Assembly (NCBI GenBank): GCA_036881885.1
Contig: JBAJNL010000001.1
Coordinates: forward strand, 2,377 to 66,376
Length of the DNA stretch: 64,000 bases
Direction: 5' to 3'
Origin: Holosporaceae bacterium
Lineage (GTDB): Bacteria; Pseudomonadota; Alphaproteobacteria; Holosporales; Hepatobacteraceae
Every line of letters starts with the position of its first letter. The first letter of the stretch is position 1. Shown one piece after another: positions 55,397-64,000 of this stretch. The position numbers were made by a program, and so were the translations under genes. The notes under the pieces are model-generated. The model worked only from the letters and a program-made list of their open reading frames with translations, had not been told where the DNA came from and did no database searches.

Positions 55397-57064
55397 TTAA
55401 GAGATCTGTGCGATGGTTTGAATCACAAACTTATCAAGCTCGACGGCGATTTTAAAAAGCGTGGTGTTCACCTCGGTGGCGCGGGCCATGGTGTGGCCGC
55501 CCAACAATGCTTTTTGGGCATTCACGTTAGATTGCACAATGGTTTTGGCCTCGGTGGATCCAAGGTTTGATGTTAGCGGTGTCGATAGCACATAAAAATC
55601 ACCGCACTCGGGCGTGGGTCTTAAAACGTTGCTGGTGTCTTGCACCATGCCATTGTTGTTTGGATAGTGAATCAAGGGAATCGCCCATGCAGGCTTTGAA
55701 GGCTGGCCATAAAATTCAAACGAAATAATGCCGTTGCTTGAAACATCAATGCCCTTAAACGAGGTTGATCCCATGCCGTCTTGAACTGGCGTTTGCACAA
55801 TAAATTGGTTGCCCGTTAAGCGATAAGCCGAAGGGTCCAGCGCAATGGTGCTGTTGGATGATCCCACAAGTTCGCCTTCGCTGTTGCGCCAATCGGTCAC
55901 ATACACATTAGGTGGCCGGCTTGATGGCACCAAAACGGTCTCAAGGGCCTGAAAAGCCGTTTCTTGAGCGGCTTCATACGTGGCGCGTTCTGTTTCGGCT
56001 TCCTGAAGAGCGAGTGCAAGCGTAGCGTTGGTCATGGCGTTCGCAACGGCAAGGCCAGCTGTATTTTCGTTGGGATGTGTAGTGGCGGGGTAGGTTGTGT
56101 TGATATGGTTTTGCGTGGCGGTGACCAAGGCTGCGGTGGTAATACCGGGCTCTTCGCGGCTTTTTTGCAAAATATATTCCGAGGCACTGTTGGCGCCATC
56201 AAGGGACAAGTTGGCCGTATCAAAGGCTTGAAATTCGGCATTCGATGTGGGAACGGTGCCTTGATAATCACCATTAACGTCAAACCCCACAATGCAGCCA
56301 CCACGACCGCCTAACGGTGTATTGACCCACGAGTCACCATTGATTGTGTCTTGTGTCAGCTTGGCGTTTTGTGAGTCTTGCGCTGTAAGCTGCCAGATGC
56401 GTGGTGCTAAAAAGGTCCATGAAAAGCGCAGCTGATGTACAACACCCAGTGAGTCAAAAACGTCAACGGCGTTTTCTTTCACATCGTTTACCTCGATATT
56501 ATCGGCGGGCAAAATGCCACCAAAGGCAATGTTGGTGGTGGCATCGGCTTGTGACGGGTTCAGGGGAATCTTAATGCGCTCTAAATGTTCAATTAAGCTA
56601 AAGGGGGACACGCTGCCGTCGTCTTCAACGGGAACGCCCAAAAGTGTGTTGCCGCCTTCGTCATAAATATAGCCGTCGCGGTCAAGCTGAAAGCTGCCGG
56701 TGGTTTTCATGCCGTGCTCGATAGGGGTGTTGTTATCAACCGAGCCCGAGGCATCCACAATCATAAAGCCCCGCCCATTCACAGCAATGTCTAGCTCGCG
56801 CTCTGTGTTGTGCAAGGGGCCGCGTGCCTGATCATCAAAGTTGTTGATTTCAATGCCGCGCACCTGCTCGCCATTGGGGCCATTGGTGGCGTGGCACAGG
56901 GTGTCGTGCATATAGCCAAGCGAGTGCAGGTTCGCCAGATGTTTGCCAAAGTGCGCCAGGCTGTCTTCATAGGTCTCCATGCCCACGGCCGAGGTCATGG
57001 CGGCGTCGCTTGTGGTGGTAAAGCTGGGGTTTGATCGAACGGTTTCGTTAGGATTGGTGGGCAT
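55397..57064 (-). CDS. flgE: flagellar hook protein FlgE
   Basis: It has the hook-type block ELDIAVNGRGFMIV and a C-terminal axial-protein helix. It lies downstream of flgD. A GGAGG SD precedes the start. Confidence 0.7.
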   Translation of the reverse strand: MPTNPNETVRSNPSFTTTSDAAMTSAVGMETYEDSLAHFGKHLANLHSLGYMHDTLCHATNGPNGEQVRGIEINNFDDQARGPLHNTERELDIAVNGRGFMIVDASGSVDNNTPIEHGMKTTGSFQLDRDGYIYDEGGNTLLGVPVEDDGSVSPFSLIEHLERIKIPLNPSQADATTNIAFGGILPADNIEVNDVKENAVDVFDSLGVVHQLRFSWTFLAPRIWQLTAQDSQNAKLTQDTINGDSWVNTPLGGRGGCIVGFDVNGDYQGTVPTSNAEFQAFDTANLSLDGANSASEYILQKSREEPGITTAALVTATQNHINTTYPATTHPNENTAGLAVANAMTNATLALALQEAETERATYEAAQETAFQALETVLVPSSRPPNVYVTDWRNSEGELVGSSNSTIALDPSAYRLTGNQFIVQTPVQDGMGSTSFKGIDVSSNGIISFEFYGQPSKPAWAIPLIHYPNNNGMVQDTSNVLRPTPECGDFYVLSTPLTSNLGSTEAKTIVQSNVNAQKALLGGHTMARATEVNTTLFKIAVELDKFVIQTIAQIS

Positions 57065-57079
57065 GGGAGGGGCTCCTTA

Positions 57080-57796
57080 TCAAAGATTGCGCATAGAAAG
57101 CGCGTTGTCGATCAAGCTGTAATTGCTTTCATAAAGGGCTTTAAGCTGATCAACGGGTTGCATGTTGCTGCGTGATCCCGCATAAATGCGGTTGTCTTTA
57201 AATTTAAGATGATCCAGTTTCGAGGTAATCAGTGACTCAATCGGCACCTCGTTGCCTTCCATATCGGTTCCCTTAATGTGCAGTGAATACCGCCCTTTGG
57301 GCATTTCATGCAGCTTGTCATTTAAACTGTGAAGGCCTGCGGTGGTTTCGCCCTTCAATGTGGCAATCTTAAAGCCGTCGGCGCGGTGAATGCTGATTTC
57401 AACTTCTTTAAGTTTCAAATCTTTTGAAATGTCATAGGCAATGTCATCTTTGCTGTCGCCCACTTGAAAGTGGTTGCCTTGAAACTGCCCTCGTTTGCCT
57501 ACCAAGCTTGACGCTTGCAGCAAGTTATTTTGCAAAAGGGCGCTTTCCATGGTCTTAAGGCGCTCGCCTTCTTCAATGCGCGAGTGTGCCTCGACAAGGC
57601 CCTGAATCAACCGCATGCCTTCGGCGGGGTCATTTTGGCTTAAGGGGTTGGATGAGGCGCTTTGCAGCATGGTCATAAAAACCTCGCTCATTTCGCGCAA
57701 GGCGTTTTGCTTTTCGGTGCCATCTTTTGAAATGGCTGCTTGCTGGGTTTGGGCCCATGACAAAACAGGCGACAGTGTTGATTGAGCAATGGTCAT
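57080..57796 (-). CDS. flgD: flagellar hook capping/assembly protein FlgD
   Basis: It has the FlgD-like N-block FMTMLQSASSNPLSQNDPAEGMRLIQGL and a beta-rich C-half. Its ATG overlaps the fliK TGA in ATGA at 57793..57796. Confidence 0.7.
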   Translation of the reverse strand: MTIAQSTLSPVLSWAQTQQAAISKDGTEKQNALREMSEVFMTMLQSASSNPLSQNDPAEGMRLIQGLVEAHSRIEEGERLKTMESALLQNNLLQASSLVGKRGQFQGNHFQVGDSKDDIAYDISKDLKLKEVEISIHRADGFKIATLKGETTAGLHSLNDKLHEMPKGRYSLHIKGTDMEGNEVPIESLITSKLDHLKFKDNRIYAGSRSNMQPVDQLKALYESNYSLIDNALSMRNL

Positions 57797-58854
57797 GCAA
57801 AAAGCCCTTTCCTTAGTTTTTTTAAAAGTGTGTGTGTTTGCGGTGGTTGTGATCGTTTATCTTCTTTGCTGTTTGCAGGCGGTGGGTCATCTGTTTCGGC
57901 ATGATCGTTAAATGACATATCGTTTTCGTCAATCCACAGGCCCTGGTGCGACAAATCTTGCGCAAGCTCGCCGGCATGCGCTTTTAAAAGGACCAGAGTG
58001 TGTGCTTCGCCCTCAAACGACAACGTGCGTTGGTTGTCTTTGGTGGTCATGTGAATGTGAACAACGCCCAGCTCTTGCGGCACCAGTGTTAGCTTTAAGA
58101 TATGCGTGTTGTTATGTTGCTGAAAGGTCAGATTCTTCAGTGCTGTGCTGATTTGTGACAACACAAACGTGGGTGACGCAGCCCTTGTGGTTGGCGAAAT
58201 GCGTTGCGTTAAAGGCAGATCACTTGTTTTAAGGGATGTCAGGTTATTGGTTGTCGGATGCGTTTCTTTCACTTCAGGTTCGGTGGTCTGCGTTGCTTTG
58301 GAGTCGGTCTGTTGTGGCACCTTTATGGGATCAGCGGTTTCGTCCAAAATCCTAAGAGGGATGGTGATTTTTCCCGGCTCTGCAGCATTGTCGGTGGTTG
58401 GCCTTTCAGGAAGAGCGTCTTTAAGTTGTGGCGCTTTTGGCTGCGGCGCAGGCTGTGAAAGGGGGCGGTTGTGTTCAAAGTTTTGAAGGGCCAGGGCTGC
58501 GTCATGCGAGCGCGCACCCATGACATCCTGCAAGTTTCTTTTGGGGCGTGTGGTTTCAAGGGCAGGCTGAAGCGCGGCGGGGGTGATGCTGACAAGGCTT
58601 TCTTCAGTTTCTTGCTCGCTTGGTGTGTCTTCAGCTTGTAAGGTGGGCTCTTTCAAAAGGGGCTGGGCACCATCGGGCTCTTCTGCGGTGTTTGTGGGTG
58701 CCTCTCTGCCTTCTTCTTGGCTCTGCGGCTGCAAGTTTTGAAGGTGTTGTGTAAAGCTGTCATCAAAATCAAAAGCGCTGCGTTTTTCGCTTGAAAAAGC
58801 GCCGTGTGATTCTGTGAGGCCGTCAAAAGTGTGCGTTGCGATGGGTGCTTGCAT
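57793..58854 (-). CDS. fliK: flagellar hook-length control protein FliK-like
   Basis: It has a disordered Pro/Thr/Gln-rich N-region and a Flg_hook-like C-domain (LKLTLVPQELGVVHIHMT...LAQDLSHQGL). It lies upstream of flgD-flgE. Confidence 0.55.
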   Translation of the reverse strand: MQAPIATHTFDGLTESHGAFSSEKRSAFDFDDSFTQHLQNLQPQSQEEGREAPTNTAEEPDGAQPLLKEPTLQAEDTPSEQETEESLVSITPAALQPALETTRPKRNLQDVMGARSHDAALALQNFEHNRPLSQPAPQPKAPQLKDALPERPTTDNAAEPGKITIPLRILDETADPIKVPQQTDSKATQTTEPEVKETHPTTNNLTSLKTSDLPLTQRISPTTRAASPTFVLSQISTALKNLTFQQHNNTHILKLTLVPQELGVVHIHMTTKDNQRTLSFEGEAHTLVLLKAHAGELAQDLSHQGLWIDENDMSFNDHAETDDPPPANSKEDKRSQPPQTHTLLKKLRKGLFA

Positions 58855-58961
58855 GGTGCCTTGTGGTTACAAAAAACACACTTAGCATACCGCGCAATGA
58901 TTGAGTTTTTGACAAAAGACCGCAAAGAAGGCGTTAAGATGGCGCCCTTTGATTCTAAACT

Positions 58962-59205
58962 ATCATTGCAAGGAGAATGGTTTCGACGCGGCAATCCATG
59001 TGTGCTTTAGCTGTGTGGGCTCACAGGTTGTTCTTGCGACCCCGCTCACTTTTTTCTCTTTTAGATTTTTTTAGTGCGCGCGGGGCTACGCCTTCGCGAT
59101 GACGTTCTTTCTTGTCATTGCGAGGAGCCTCTTAGGGCGACGCGGCAATCCAGTGTGCTTTGGCCGCCTAAGTTTCTGGCATGTGGATCGCGCGGGGCTG
59201 CGCCC
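58962..59205 (+). repeat. Palindromic mosaic array (A, degenerate B, B, A, B)
   Basis: The recognisable modules are A at 58962..59011, B at 59063..59092, A at 59104..59154 and B at 59173..59205. Confidence 0.9.
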
Positions 59206-59236
59206 TCGTGATGACAGGCTTGAGGTCAGTGTGGTT

Positions 59237-59722
59237 TTAGGCCGGTTTGTTTTTAGATTCGGCGCTAAAGATAAAGTGGCTTAGCATTGATTCAAAGTTC
59301 ACGGCGCTTTGGGTGCGCTCGATTACATCGCCTGCTGCCAACGTTGCGGTGTCGCTGCCAGGTTTGATGGCCAAAAACTTGCCGCCCAAAAGGCTGTGTG
59401 ACACAACGGCAGCGCTGCTGTCACGCGGAATTGAAACGTTTTGTCGTAAATCAAACGTGACCTCGGCAATAAAGTTTTCGGGATGTAGCTTAATCTTGCG
59501 CACCTTGCCCACCAAAACGCCGGCCATGTGCACAGGTGAGCCTTCGGTTAAGCCCTCAACTGATTGAAAAAGGGCCGACAAGCTATAAGAGCCCTTCAGC
59601 GGGCTTTGAATGCTAAGCTTTTGATAGGTGAACACAAGAAAAAAAACTGCGGCGGCTAAAACAAGCGCGCCCAAAAGTGTTTCAAGACCTTTGTTAATGA
59701 CTGTCATGCTGTGAGCTTTCAT
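59237..59722 (-). CDS. mlaD: outer-membrane lipid asymmetry protein MlaD (MCE domain)
   Basis: It has an N-terminal TM segment (LETLLGALVLAAAVFFLVF) and an MCE-domain block (GLTEGSPVHMAGVLVGKV). The start is ATG 59722 or 59707, and it overlaps the upstream gene's end. Confidence 0.7.
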   Translation of the reverse strand: MKAHSMTVINKGLETLLGALVLAAAVFFLVFTYQKLSIQSPLKGSYSLSALFQSVEGLTEGSPVHMAGVLVGKVRKIKLHPENFIAEVTFDLRQNVSIPRDSSAAVVSHSLLGGKFLAIKPGSDTATLAAGDVIERTQSAVNFESMLSHFIFSAESKNKPA

Positions 59723-60068
59723 GTGGTAAGGGCGGTTTCCACGTTTGATAGGGCGGAAATCCCTTTTGTATAGAAGGCGAAAGATTGGGTTTAAACGCAT
59801 GCCGCGTGCCCGTTAAGTTGGGGCGGTGGGGCTTTTCCCAAGAGGCATACTTTTTTTTGACGGTTAAGGGAAACTGTGTTGTGTGATGCAACCAACTGTG
59901 CCAAAGGGCAGGGATCTTCGATGCCTCCACCGTGCCTTTATAAAGAACCCAACGTAGCTCTTTTTGCCATTTTCCCTGATAATTTTTGCGGCGGTAATAG
60001 CGGTTTCCAAAGGCATCTTTTGCCACAAGTTCCCCAAAAAAGAGCGAGCGCAAGTGCATGGCAATCAT
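59694..60068 (-). CDS. NADH:ubiquinone oxidoreductase subunit NDUFA12-family protein
   Basis: Motifs GELVAKDAFGNRYY, RWVLY, IPALWHSWLHHT and YQTWKP are typical of the alphaproteobacterial B17.2-like protein. Confidence 0.65.
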   Translation of the reverse strand: MIAMHLRSLFFGELVAKDAFGNRYYRRKNYQGKWQKELRWVLYKGTVEASKIPALWHSWLHHTTQFPLTVKKKYASWEKPHRPNLTGTRHAFKPNLSPSIQKGFPPYQTWKPPLPHESSQHDSH

Positions 60069-60143
60069 ATCTTAACCAATCTTTTTTTACATTTAACCCT
60101 ATTATGACAGAAAATGCACTAATTTTACGTAACATTTTTTGTT

Positions 60144-60740
60144 TTAAAGGGAATTTTCTTGGCGCATATTGTAAAAAAACTTTGCGTACTGCATCAATGT
60201 TGACACAAAAATGTCAGTTTGCTTCAAAAACGCTTGACCAGCTTTGTGGTCGGGGGAGGCGTTTTGTATGTTGCCTGCAGGGTCAAGCAATTCGTGCACC
60301 CGCGCACACGATAAAAGGGGCGCAATAGAAGGCATGCCCAAAGTATCGGCTATGGTGCGCAAAAAGGGCTCAACGCGCGCGCCGCCTATGTTACCGGTTG
60401 AGTAGGTGACAAGGCCCGATGGTTTGTGGTGATATTCGGGATAAAAAAAGTTAAGCATGTTCAAAAGCCCCGGTACAGGCAGGTGGTTGTACTCGGCACT
60501 GACTAAAACGAAGGCGTCCAGGCTTTCAAAAAGTTCATGTAGTTGTTGTATGTTTTTGGCGGCGCTTTTGGGGTCGGCGGCATAGGTTTTGTCAAGAAGC
60601 GGTACGTCATATTCTTTGGCATCAACAATGACAACATGGGCACCCTTGGCACAAAAAGCATTTTGAAGATACAGCCCAAGTCTTTTGGCTTGGCTTTCAG
60701 GGCGATACGATCCGCTTAAAATGCCAATAGAAAGTGTCAT
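60144..60740 (-). CDS. NAD(P)H-dependent FMN reductase family protein
   Basis: It has a flavodoxin-like N-terminus (IGILSGSYRPESQAKRLG) and an internal YNHLPVPG-type block. Confidence 0.5.
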   Translation of the reverse strand: MTLSIGILSGSYRPESQAKRLGLYLQNAFCAKGAHVVIVDAKEYDVPLLDKTYAADPKSAAKNIQQLHELFESLDAFVLVSAEYNHLPVPGLLNMLNFFYPEYHHKPSGLVTYSTGNIGGARVEPFLRTIADTLGMPSIAPLLSCARVHELLDPAGNIQNASPDHKAGQAFLKQTDIFVSTLMQYAKFFYNMRQENSL

Positions 60741-60867
60741 CAGGGCAGCCCCCTTTTTTTTAGGTTTATAGTCACCATCCTAGCATGCTTGAAAAAAAGT
60801 TTTCTATACAATTTTTGTGTTGTCTATTATAGTGAATGCTAAAGAATATCGGTTACTAAAACCTTGT

Positions 60868-61725
60868 ATGTGTGCGTTTCTATCAAGCGATACTGCGTCG
60901 CCCTTGCCCCGTGTAACAGCACTTGTGGCAGGAGGCGGTCGCTTGCCGCAGCTTTTGATAGAGGCTTTGAGGGCCAAAAAGCAGGCTTTTGTGGTGCTGG
61001 TTTACAATGAAACAGATCCCTTGTTGTGTAAGCGTTTGGCAGATCAATCTGTGCCACATCTTTTGGTATCGCTTGGGCAGGTGGGCAAGGCGCTGCATTT
61101 TTTAAAAGAGCACCATGTGACAGACATCACCATGGCAGGCAAGTTTCAACGCCCGCACCTTAAACAGCTAAAAGTTGATCTAAAGGGCGGTCTTTGGTTA
61201 GCCGGCCTTTTAAAAGAGCCTCGAGGCGATGATGCGCTTTTGCGTTTTTTGGCCAAAAAACTTGAAGGCGAGGGGTTTCAAATTGTCAGCCCTCAAGCTG
61301 TGCTTCAAGACCTTACACTGCCTGCAGGCTGCCTGACAAACGCTGTGCCACAGACCGCAGATCACACAGCCATTGAGACAGGCTTTAAGGTACTGCACGC
61401 GCTGTCTCCCTTTGATGTGGGTCAGGCACTGGTAATGGTTGATGGTGTTGTGGTGGGTATCGAGGGCGCCGAGGGCACCGATGCCCTGATCAAGCGCTGT
61501 GCCGTGTTCACAAAGCCCGGGCAGCGTGCCGTGCTGATTAAAGGTGCCAAAGCAACCCAAGATTTAAGGCTGGACCCCCCTGCGCTTGGGGTCACAACGA
61601 TTGCATTGTTGCAGCAGCATGATTTTGCAGGCGTTGCATTTGAAGCCCATAAAACACTTGTGTTAGAAAAAGAGACCTGTATTCAAAAGGCCAATGCGGC
61701 CTCTCTTTTTGTGTGTGCCGTTTAA
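60868..61725 (+). CDS. lpxI: UDP-2,3-diacylglucosamine pyrophosphatase LpxI (DUF1009)
   Basis: Motifs LVAGGGRLPQ and DVGQALVMVDGVVVGIEGAEGTDALIKR are present. It lies directly upstream of lpxB. Confidence 0.7.
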   Translation: MCAFLSSDTASPLPRVTALVAGGGRLPQLLIEALRAKKQAFVVLVYNETDPLLCKRLADQSVPHLLVSLGQVGKALHFLKEHHVTDITMAGKFQRPHLKQLKVDLKGGLWLAGLLKEPRGDDALLRFLAKKLEGEGFQIVSPQAVLQDLTLPAGCLTNAVPQTADHTAIETGFKVLHALSPFDVGQALVMVDGVVVGIEGAEGTDALIKRCAVFTKPGQRAVLIKGAKATQDLRLDPPALGVTTIALLQQHDFAGVAFEAHKTLVLEKETCIQKANAASLFVCAV

Positions 61726-61742
61726 CAAGGGGCAGGGGGTGT

Positions 61743-62909
61743 GTGAGTTCTAAAGAAAAGCCGTGTATTTTTGTGGTGGCCGGCGAGCCGTCGGGTGATC
61801 GCTTGGGTGCCGATGCCATCGAGGCGCTTAAAGAGACAAAAGCTTATGAATTCTGCGGCATTGGTGGGCCGCTGATGGAAGAGGCTGGCGACTTTCGCTC
61901 GCTTGTGCCGCTTCAAACGTTGTCTGTGATGGGGCTTGGGTTTTTAAAAAAGATGCCCCAGATTGTGTGCGCCTTTTTAAAGGCAAAGCGCTTTCTTGCC
62001 AAAAAAGAACCCGATGTGTTTTTATCGTTTGATGCGCCCGATTTTGCGCTGCGTCTTGTGCAATATGTGCCCCCCAAAACCTATCGTGTGCACTGTGTGG
62101 CGCCATCGGTGTGGGCGTGGCGGCCGGGACGTGCGCTTAAGATTGCCAAAAAAATAGATCATTTGCTGGCGCTTTTTCCTTTTGAGCCACCCTATTTTGA
62201 AAAACACGGCCTAAAGACCACGTTTGTGGGGCACCCCAAGGCCGAGAGGGTGCAGCCGCCGGGGCGTTCTTTTTGGCGATCATACCCTCATTTGAATGCT
62301 AAAAAACCTTTGTTGCTTTTAATGCCTGGCAGTCGCGCGCAAGAAATCAAAACGCTGCTGCCCTTGTTTTTGCAAACGGCGCGAGCGGCCCTTGAGCAAG
62401 TGCCCCAGATGCAGGTTGTTTTGTTAACGCTGCCTGCTTTGCGCAAAAACCTAGAGCCTCAATTGCCCTTTTGGGTGACCGTGGTTAGCGAGCCACAACA
62501 CCATGGTGTTTGCATGCGTGCGGCAACGGCAGCGCTTGTGGCGTCAGGCACGGCCACGCTTGAGCTTGGTCTTGCCACGTGCCCCATGGTGGTGGCCTAT
62601 AAAGTTTCTTTTTGGCTGGCAGCTGTGTTAAAACAGCTGATTAAAATCCCCTTTGCCGGGCTGCCTAATATTTTACATCAAAAAGAAGTGGTGCCCGAAT
62701 GCTTGCAAGAAGGGTGTACCGTTGACAGGTTGCTTCATCACCTTTTGCCCCTTTTGCGCAAAGAGTCTGCGTTTCGGGTGCAAAAAAAGGCCTTGCTGAA
62801 GCTGGGCAGCTTGTTGCGTGCGCGGGTCTCGTTTGGTGAGTCGGTCGCCAAAGCGGTGCATGAGGGTTGCCTTCAAAAAAGAAAAGGGCGCCGTGGTTCA
62901 CAGTCTTGA
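61743..62909 (+). CDS. lpxB: lipid-A-disaccharide synthase
   Basis: Motifs IFVVAGEPSGDRLGA and SGTATLE are present. The GTG at 61743, preceded by AGGGGG, is preferred over the ORF-track start at 61713. Confidence 0.85.
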   Translation: MSSKEKPCIFVVAGEPSGDRLGADAIEALKETKAYEFCGIGGPLMEEAGDFRSLVPLQTLSVMGLGFLKKMPQIVCAFLKAKRFLAKKEPDVFLSFDAPDFALRLVQYVPPKTYRVHCVAPSVWAWRPGRALKIAKKIDHLLALFPFEPPYFEKHGLKTTFVGHPKAERVQPPGRSFWRSYPHLNAKKPLLLLMPGSRAQEIKTLLPLFLQTARAALEQVPQMQVVLLTLPALRKNLEPQLPFWVTVVSEPQHHGVCMRAATAALVASGTATLELGLATCPMVVAYKVSFWLAAVLKQLIKIPFAGLPNILHQKEVVPECLQEGCTVDRLLHHLLPLLRKESAFRVQKKALLKLGSLLRARVSFGESVAKAVHEGCLQKRKGRRGSQS

Positions 62910-63150
62910 AACTTTTAAAAAAACGTTGCTTTATCACGCGACACACCGGGGGATGCGTGAAGCTGACTTAGTGCTTGAAAGACTGGCTAGGGCTTATTTG
63001 CCTTTAGCGAATCAGTCACAGTGTCAGCTTTTTGAAGCTTTTTTGGCCCTTGAAGACAAACGCATTTTAGATATTTTGGCTGGCAAAATCTCTTGCCCTC
63101 CCACCTTTCAAACTTTCGTTCAAACGATGACTGCCGCACCTTCAATTTAA
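62905..63150 (+). CDS. sdhE: FAD assembly factor SdhE (Sdh5/DUF339)
   Basis: It has the RGxxE motif HRGMREADLVLERL. The ~80-aa size fits. The TTG at 62905 overlaps the lpxB stop. The ORF-track start at 62818 would run inside lpxB. Confidence 0.6.
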   Translation, partial: LETFKKTLLYHATHRGMREADLVLERLARAYLPLANQSQCQLFEAFLALEDKRILDILAGKISCPPTFQTFVQTMTAAPSI

Positions 63151-63332
63151 AAGATTGTTTGTTTTACGAAATACAAAGAGGTTGTCATGTACAAAAGGCC
63201 AACAGAGGGATCTGCGGTTAAAACTTCTCTCTTGAATGTGGTAAAAAAGGCGCTTAGAATGAGTGGATCTTTTTGATAAGAAAAGAGAATAGATCAACGG
63301 TCTGATCAGAAAAAGTGGAGGGTAAAGTCACT

Positions 63333-64000
63333 ATGAATCGTTCGTTTGAAAGGCCTGTCGAGAAAGATGCAACCCATTTGGATATGGGTCTTCGCTCTTA
63401 CATGCAAAAAGTTTTTGCCATGATGGGGTTGGGTCTTGCCGTCAGTGGCGGTGTTGCCTATTTTGTTGCCAACACGCCATCCATCATTATTCCTCTTTTA
63501 ACCACCCCCTTAAAATGGGTCTTTTTGATTGCCACCTTTGCCATCCCACTTACATTGGGCATGGGGATTCAGCGCTTAAAAGCGTCGACAGCGCAAGCGC
63601 TTTTTTGGACGTACGCTGGGCTGATGGGCGTGACGGCGTCTTGGATCTTGCTGGCTTACACCTATGAAAGTGTGACGCGCGTTTTCTTAATCACCGCGTG
63701 CATGTTTGGCAGCATGAGTCTTTACGGTTACACCACAAAGCGTGATCTCACGGCGTGGGGATCGTTTTTGTTTATGGGCTTGTTTGGCTTGATCATCGCT
63801 TCGCTGGTAAATCTTTTCATGGGCAGCACGGTGGTGCAGATGGCACTTTCAGTGATTGCCGTTATCGTCTTTACGGGTCTTACGGCTTATGATGTGCAGA
63901 TGATTCGCAACTTTTACTCAAGCGGTATGAGCCAAGAAGCTGAAACCAAAGCTGCAACGCTGGGTGCTTTGCATCTATATCTTGACTTTGTGAATATCTT
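63333..64000 (+). CDS. BAX inhibitor-1/YccA family membrane protein (3' end beyond window)
   Basis: This CDS is not in the ORF track because it runs off the window. The ATG at 63333 follows GTGGAGGG. My translation gives MNRSFERPVEKDATHLDMGLRSYMQKVF... with multiple TM helices and GALHLYLDFVNI. Confidence 0.75.
   Translation, partial: MNRSFERPVEKDATHLDMGLRSYMQKVFAMMGLGLAVSGGVAYFVANTPSIIIPLLTTPLKWVFLIATFAIPLTLGMGIQRLKASTAQALFWTYAGLMGVTASWILLAYTYESVTRVFLITACMFGSMSLYGYTTKRDLTAWGSFLFMGLFGLIIASLVNLFMGSTVVQMALSVIAVIVFTGLTAYDVQMIRNFYSSGMSQEAETKAATLGALHLYLDFVNI

Noticed and set aside
7413-59205. Possibility that the dispersed repeats are a CRISPR array or CRISPR remnants.
   Set aside because: There is no regular repeat-spacer periodicity. 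Units are inverted as often as direct, are of two or three different types, and are scattered over 50 kb. No cas gene is present.

Overview
This 64-kb chromosomal segment reads as an alphaproteobacterium with a host-associated (Rickettsiales/Holosporales-like) flavour. All calls come from reading the translated ORFs, motifs and nucleotide patterns by eye; no database search or folding program was run.

Core genes: surA-like (5' partial), glyA, ddpX-like, murC, M23 peptidase, nfu, gatA/gatB, a 17-kDa-antigen-like glycine-zipper lipoprotein, clpB, DUF4167, lpdA, a PBP5/6-type carboxypeptidase, tmk, glmS/glmU, a family-5 substrate-binding protein, an ABC1/UbiB kinase, pth, uvrA, mlaD, an NDUFA12-like protein, lpxI/lpxB, sdhE and a BI-1/YccA protein (3' partial). 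There are two flagellar loci (flgK-flgL; fliK-flgD-flgE) and three tRNAs (Ser-GGA, Asn-GTT, Leu-CAA).

Accessory blocks lie between these. They are full of ORFans with signal peptides and of eukaryote-like proteins:
- four members of a leucine-rich-repeat family, one of them degraded
- a SET-domain protein
- NLS-like and PPxY-like motifs
- proteins with 11-residue-periodic repeats
- two secreted methyltransferase-like paralogs that bracket tRNA-Asn

Main second-look items:
1. A modular palindromic intergenic repeat family (REP/BIME- or RPE-like) occupies 10 intergenic regions. It accounts for most of the spurious ORFs there, and one of its hairpins shows compensatory changes between copies.
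2. A separate ~65-bp repeat is present in 4 copies.
3. gatA carries an in-frame TAG exactly at a conserved Tyr codon.
4. An 8-kb run of secreted ORFans lies between pth and uvrA. It includes an 11-mer repeat protein and a tail-anchored paralog pair, one copy of which is broken at a C-AAA-AAC site.
5. A G11 tract sits inside a coiled-coil gene.

No transposase, integrase, CRISPR array or recognisable defence, toxin or secretion-machinery gene was seen.
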